A stretch of 63,914 bases of DNA, counting the filler, from Reticulomyxa filosa (taxonomy: Eukaryota; Protista; Foraminifera), in assembly GCA_000512085.1 (NCBI GenBank). It is 14 parts of 14 records of this genome, joined end to end, with 100 filler letters (N's around TTAATTAATTAA, not from the genome) between each part and the next. Parts side by side here need not be neighbours in the genome. Positions count along the whole stretch, not along the records: positions 62,295 to 63,914 come from ASPP01037241.1; 13 more parts are not named here. One strand, 5' to 3'. This document shows positions 62,492-63,914 of this stretch, piece by piece. Made by a program: the position numbers and the translations under genes. The notes under the pieces were generated by a model. It worked only from the letters and a program-made list of their open reading frames with translations. It did not search any database and was not told the DNA's origin. Within the stretch, counting starts at the first letter, position 1. The number at the start of each line of letters is the position of its first letter.

Positions 62492-63716
62492 TAGTCTTAT
62501 TTTTTTTTTTCACTCTAAAAACTTTAATTTGAAAAGGGTTTTGATGAATGAACTTCAAATGAAAACTCTGTAATTTTTTTATAAAAGAAAACTTTAAATG
62601 AACTTATTTTATTTTTCTTTCAATTATTTTAAAGCTAAGAGTGGTATTAATTATTCAACAAATTCATTTGTTCTGGAAAATAGTTTGTGTATGGATAATA
62701 TTAGTATATTTGGTGGATATAAAATTTGTTTTGGACTGTAGAATCAGATCATTTGCATATGATGATATTTCTATGGACATACAGATACTAAGTATTCATC
62801 ACTTGTCATAAATAATATTGAAATTGATAAATTAATGTTATTTTCGTTAACATTCTAGCAACGTTTCAATTTTTTATTTTAAATAGCAATTCATTACTTT
62901 TGATTATAAAGATAGAGTGTATTTTTATATTAAACACATACAATAAATGTAACAACCATTTACAAGACAATTAATTTCGATTACACAATGAGTCTACATC
63001 ATTTCCACAGCAGAGAAAAAGCAGTGAATGTTATGTTATGGATAAAGAAAGTAAAAAACTTTTAGAACACCGAGATTATGTGAAGAAAACAATCTCTTGT
63101 CATTTTAAAAAAATGATATCCAAATTGATGAATCGAATCAAGATTGTATATTATATTCATTAGAAAAAGAAGAAAGTAGATTTAATGTATTCTTCAAAAA
63201 AAGATTCAACAAAGAGTGGATAAGTTGAAGAAATGAAATCAGGAATCAATTTACAAGATTATTGCAAAAAAAAGTGTCAGTATAGATAAAGATGTAGTAT
63301 TTACTTCTGATCAAATGTCCTATCATTGATAATTACATTGATTATAAAAGTAACGTTTTTTAATTTGGATTGACAAGCATTTATCAAAACTGGGATAAGG
63401 AGGTTAAACAAATTTAATGTTTAAAAGATTATTCCAATAACAATTCAAAAAAGACATAAATAAAAATAAAAACTTATCAATATTTCGAATAACATTTTAA
63501 GAAAAAATCTGTTTATCTTATTCAATTACATCTTTATCATTCTGTTTAAATCATTGATTAATATTGGAATTGATGATTTAGGTAATTCCTCAACTTTTCT
63601 ATTTGAAAAATAATAACACCCAACATCACGTTTCTAAACTCTGTTTTTAGCCCCTTTTATTGAATCGGAGTCTTTTCAAAAATAAAAAAAAAATTACAAC
63701 TTCATCAAGAAAAGAA

Positions 63717-63914
63717 ATGTTGCATTTGAATGTTGAAAGTGAGGAGAAAAAGTTGGAAAATCAAACAGAAACATTTCCCGTTTCTGGATGCTTCAAAAAA
63801 GAATGGATTTCGTTAACCAACAAACCACAGAAATTAAATACACTAATTTGTTGCATTTGTAATCAAATTACAAACAATGCAATGGAATTACATTGTGATG
63901 AACATGAAAATGCA
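63717..63914 (+). CDS. Paralogous N-terminal fragment of the same zinc-finger family
   Basis: SGCFKKEWISLTNKPQKLNTLICCICNQITNNAMELHCDEHENA runs off the window end. It is near-identical to 62296-62350 in inverted orientation. Confidence 0.55.
   Translation, partial: MLHLNVESEEKKLENQTETFPVSGCFKKEWISLTNKPQKLNTLICCICNQITNNAMELHCDEHENA

Overview
This window is an artificial concatenation of 14 unrelated contigs joined by 100-nt N44-TTAATTAATTAA-N44 spacers, so adjacency across spacers has no biological meaning. Thirteen contigs are AT-rich, intron-containing eukaryotic DNA. Poly-Asn proteins, a zinc-finger family, a nuclear intron-containing NDUFS3/nad9 and general style suggest a foraminiferan such as Reticulomyxa; this is an inference. 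One contig (57476-58495) is GC-rich bacterial DNA. Recognisable genes are a USP deubiquitinase, SKP1, a PhyH-type dioxygenase, eIF4G, importin-alpha, a histidine-phosphatase fragment, an ATG2/chorein-N protein, a DnaJ protein, a multi-TM RING-H2 protein, NDUFS3, ArfGAP, a SERCA-like P-type ATPase, an acylated EF-hand/CLASP-TOG protein, G-alpha, an OAS-fold protein and a C2 protein, plus decayed LINE RT/RNase H relics. The most notable observations are: (1) a ~700-nt highly base-paired non-coding island (58596-59294) with a hammerhead-ribozyme core, followed by an atypical tRNA-like element; (2) GT-AG introns with weak donors, poly-A rather than polypyrimidine tracts before the AG, and internal hairpins; (3) two apparently intact pseudo-enzymes, a SERCA-like pump lacking nearly all catalytic motifs and an OAS-like nucleotidyltransferase lacking all three catalytic Asp; (4) a single-base frame break at the first Cys of a RING-H2 domain. 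All gene models and folds were derived by eye, and no searches or folding programs were run.
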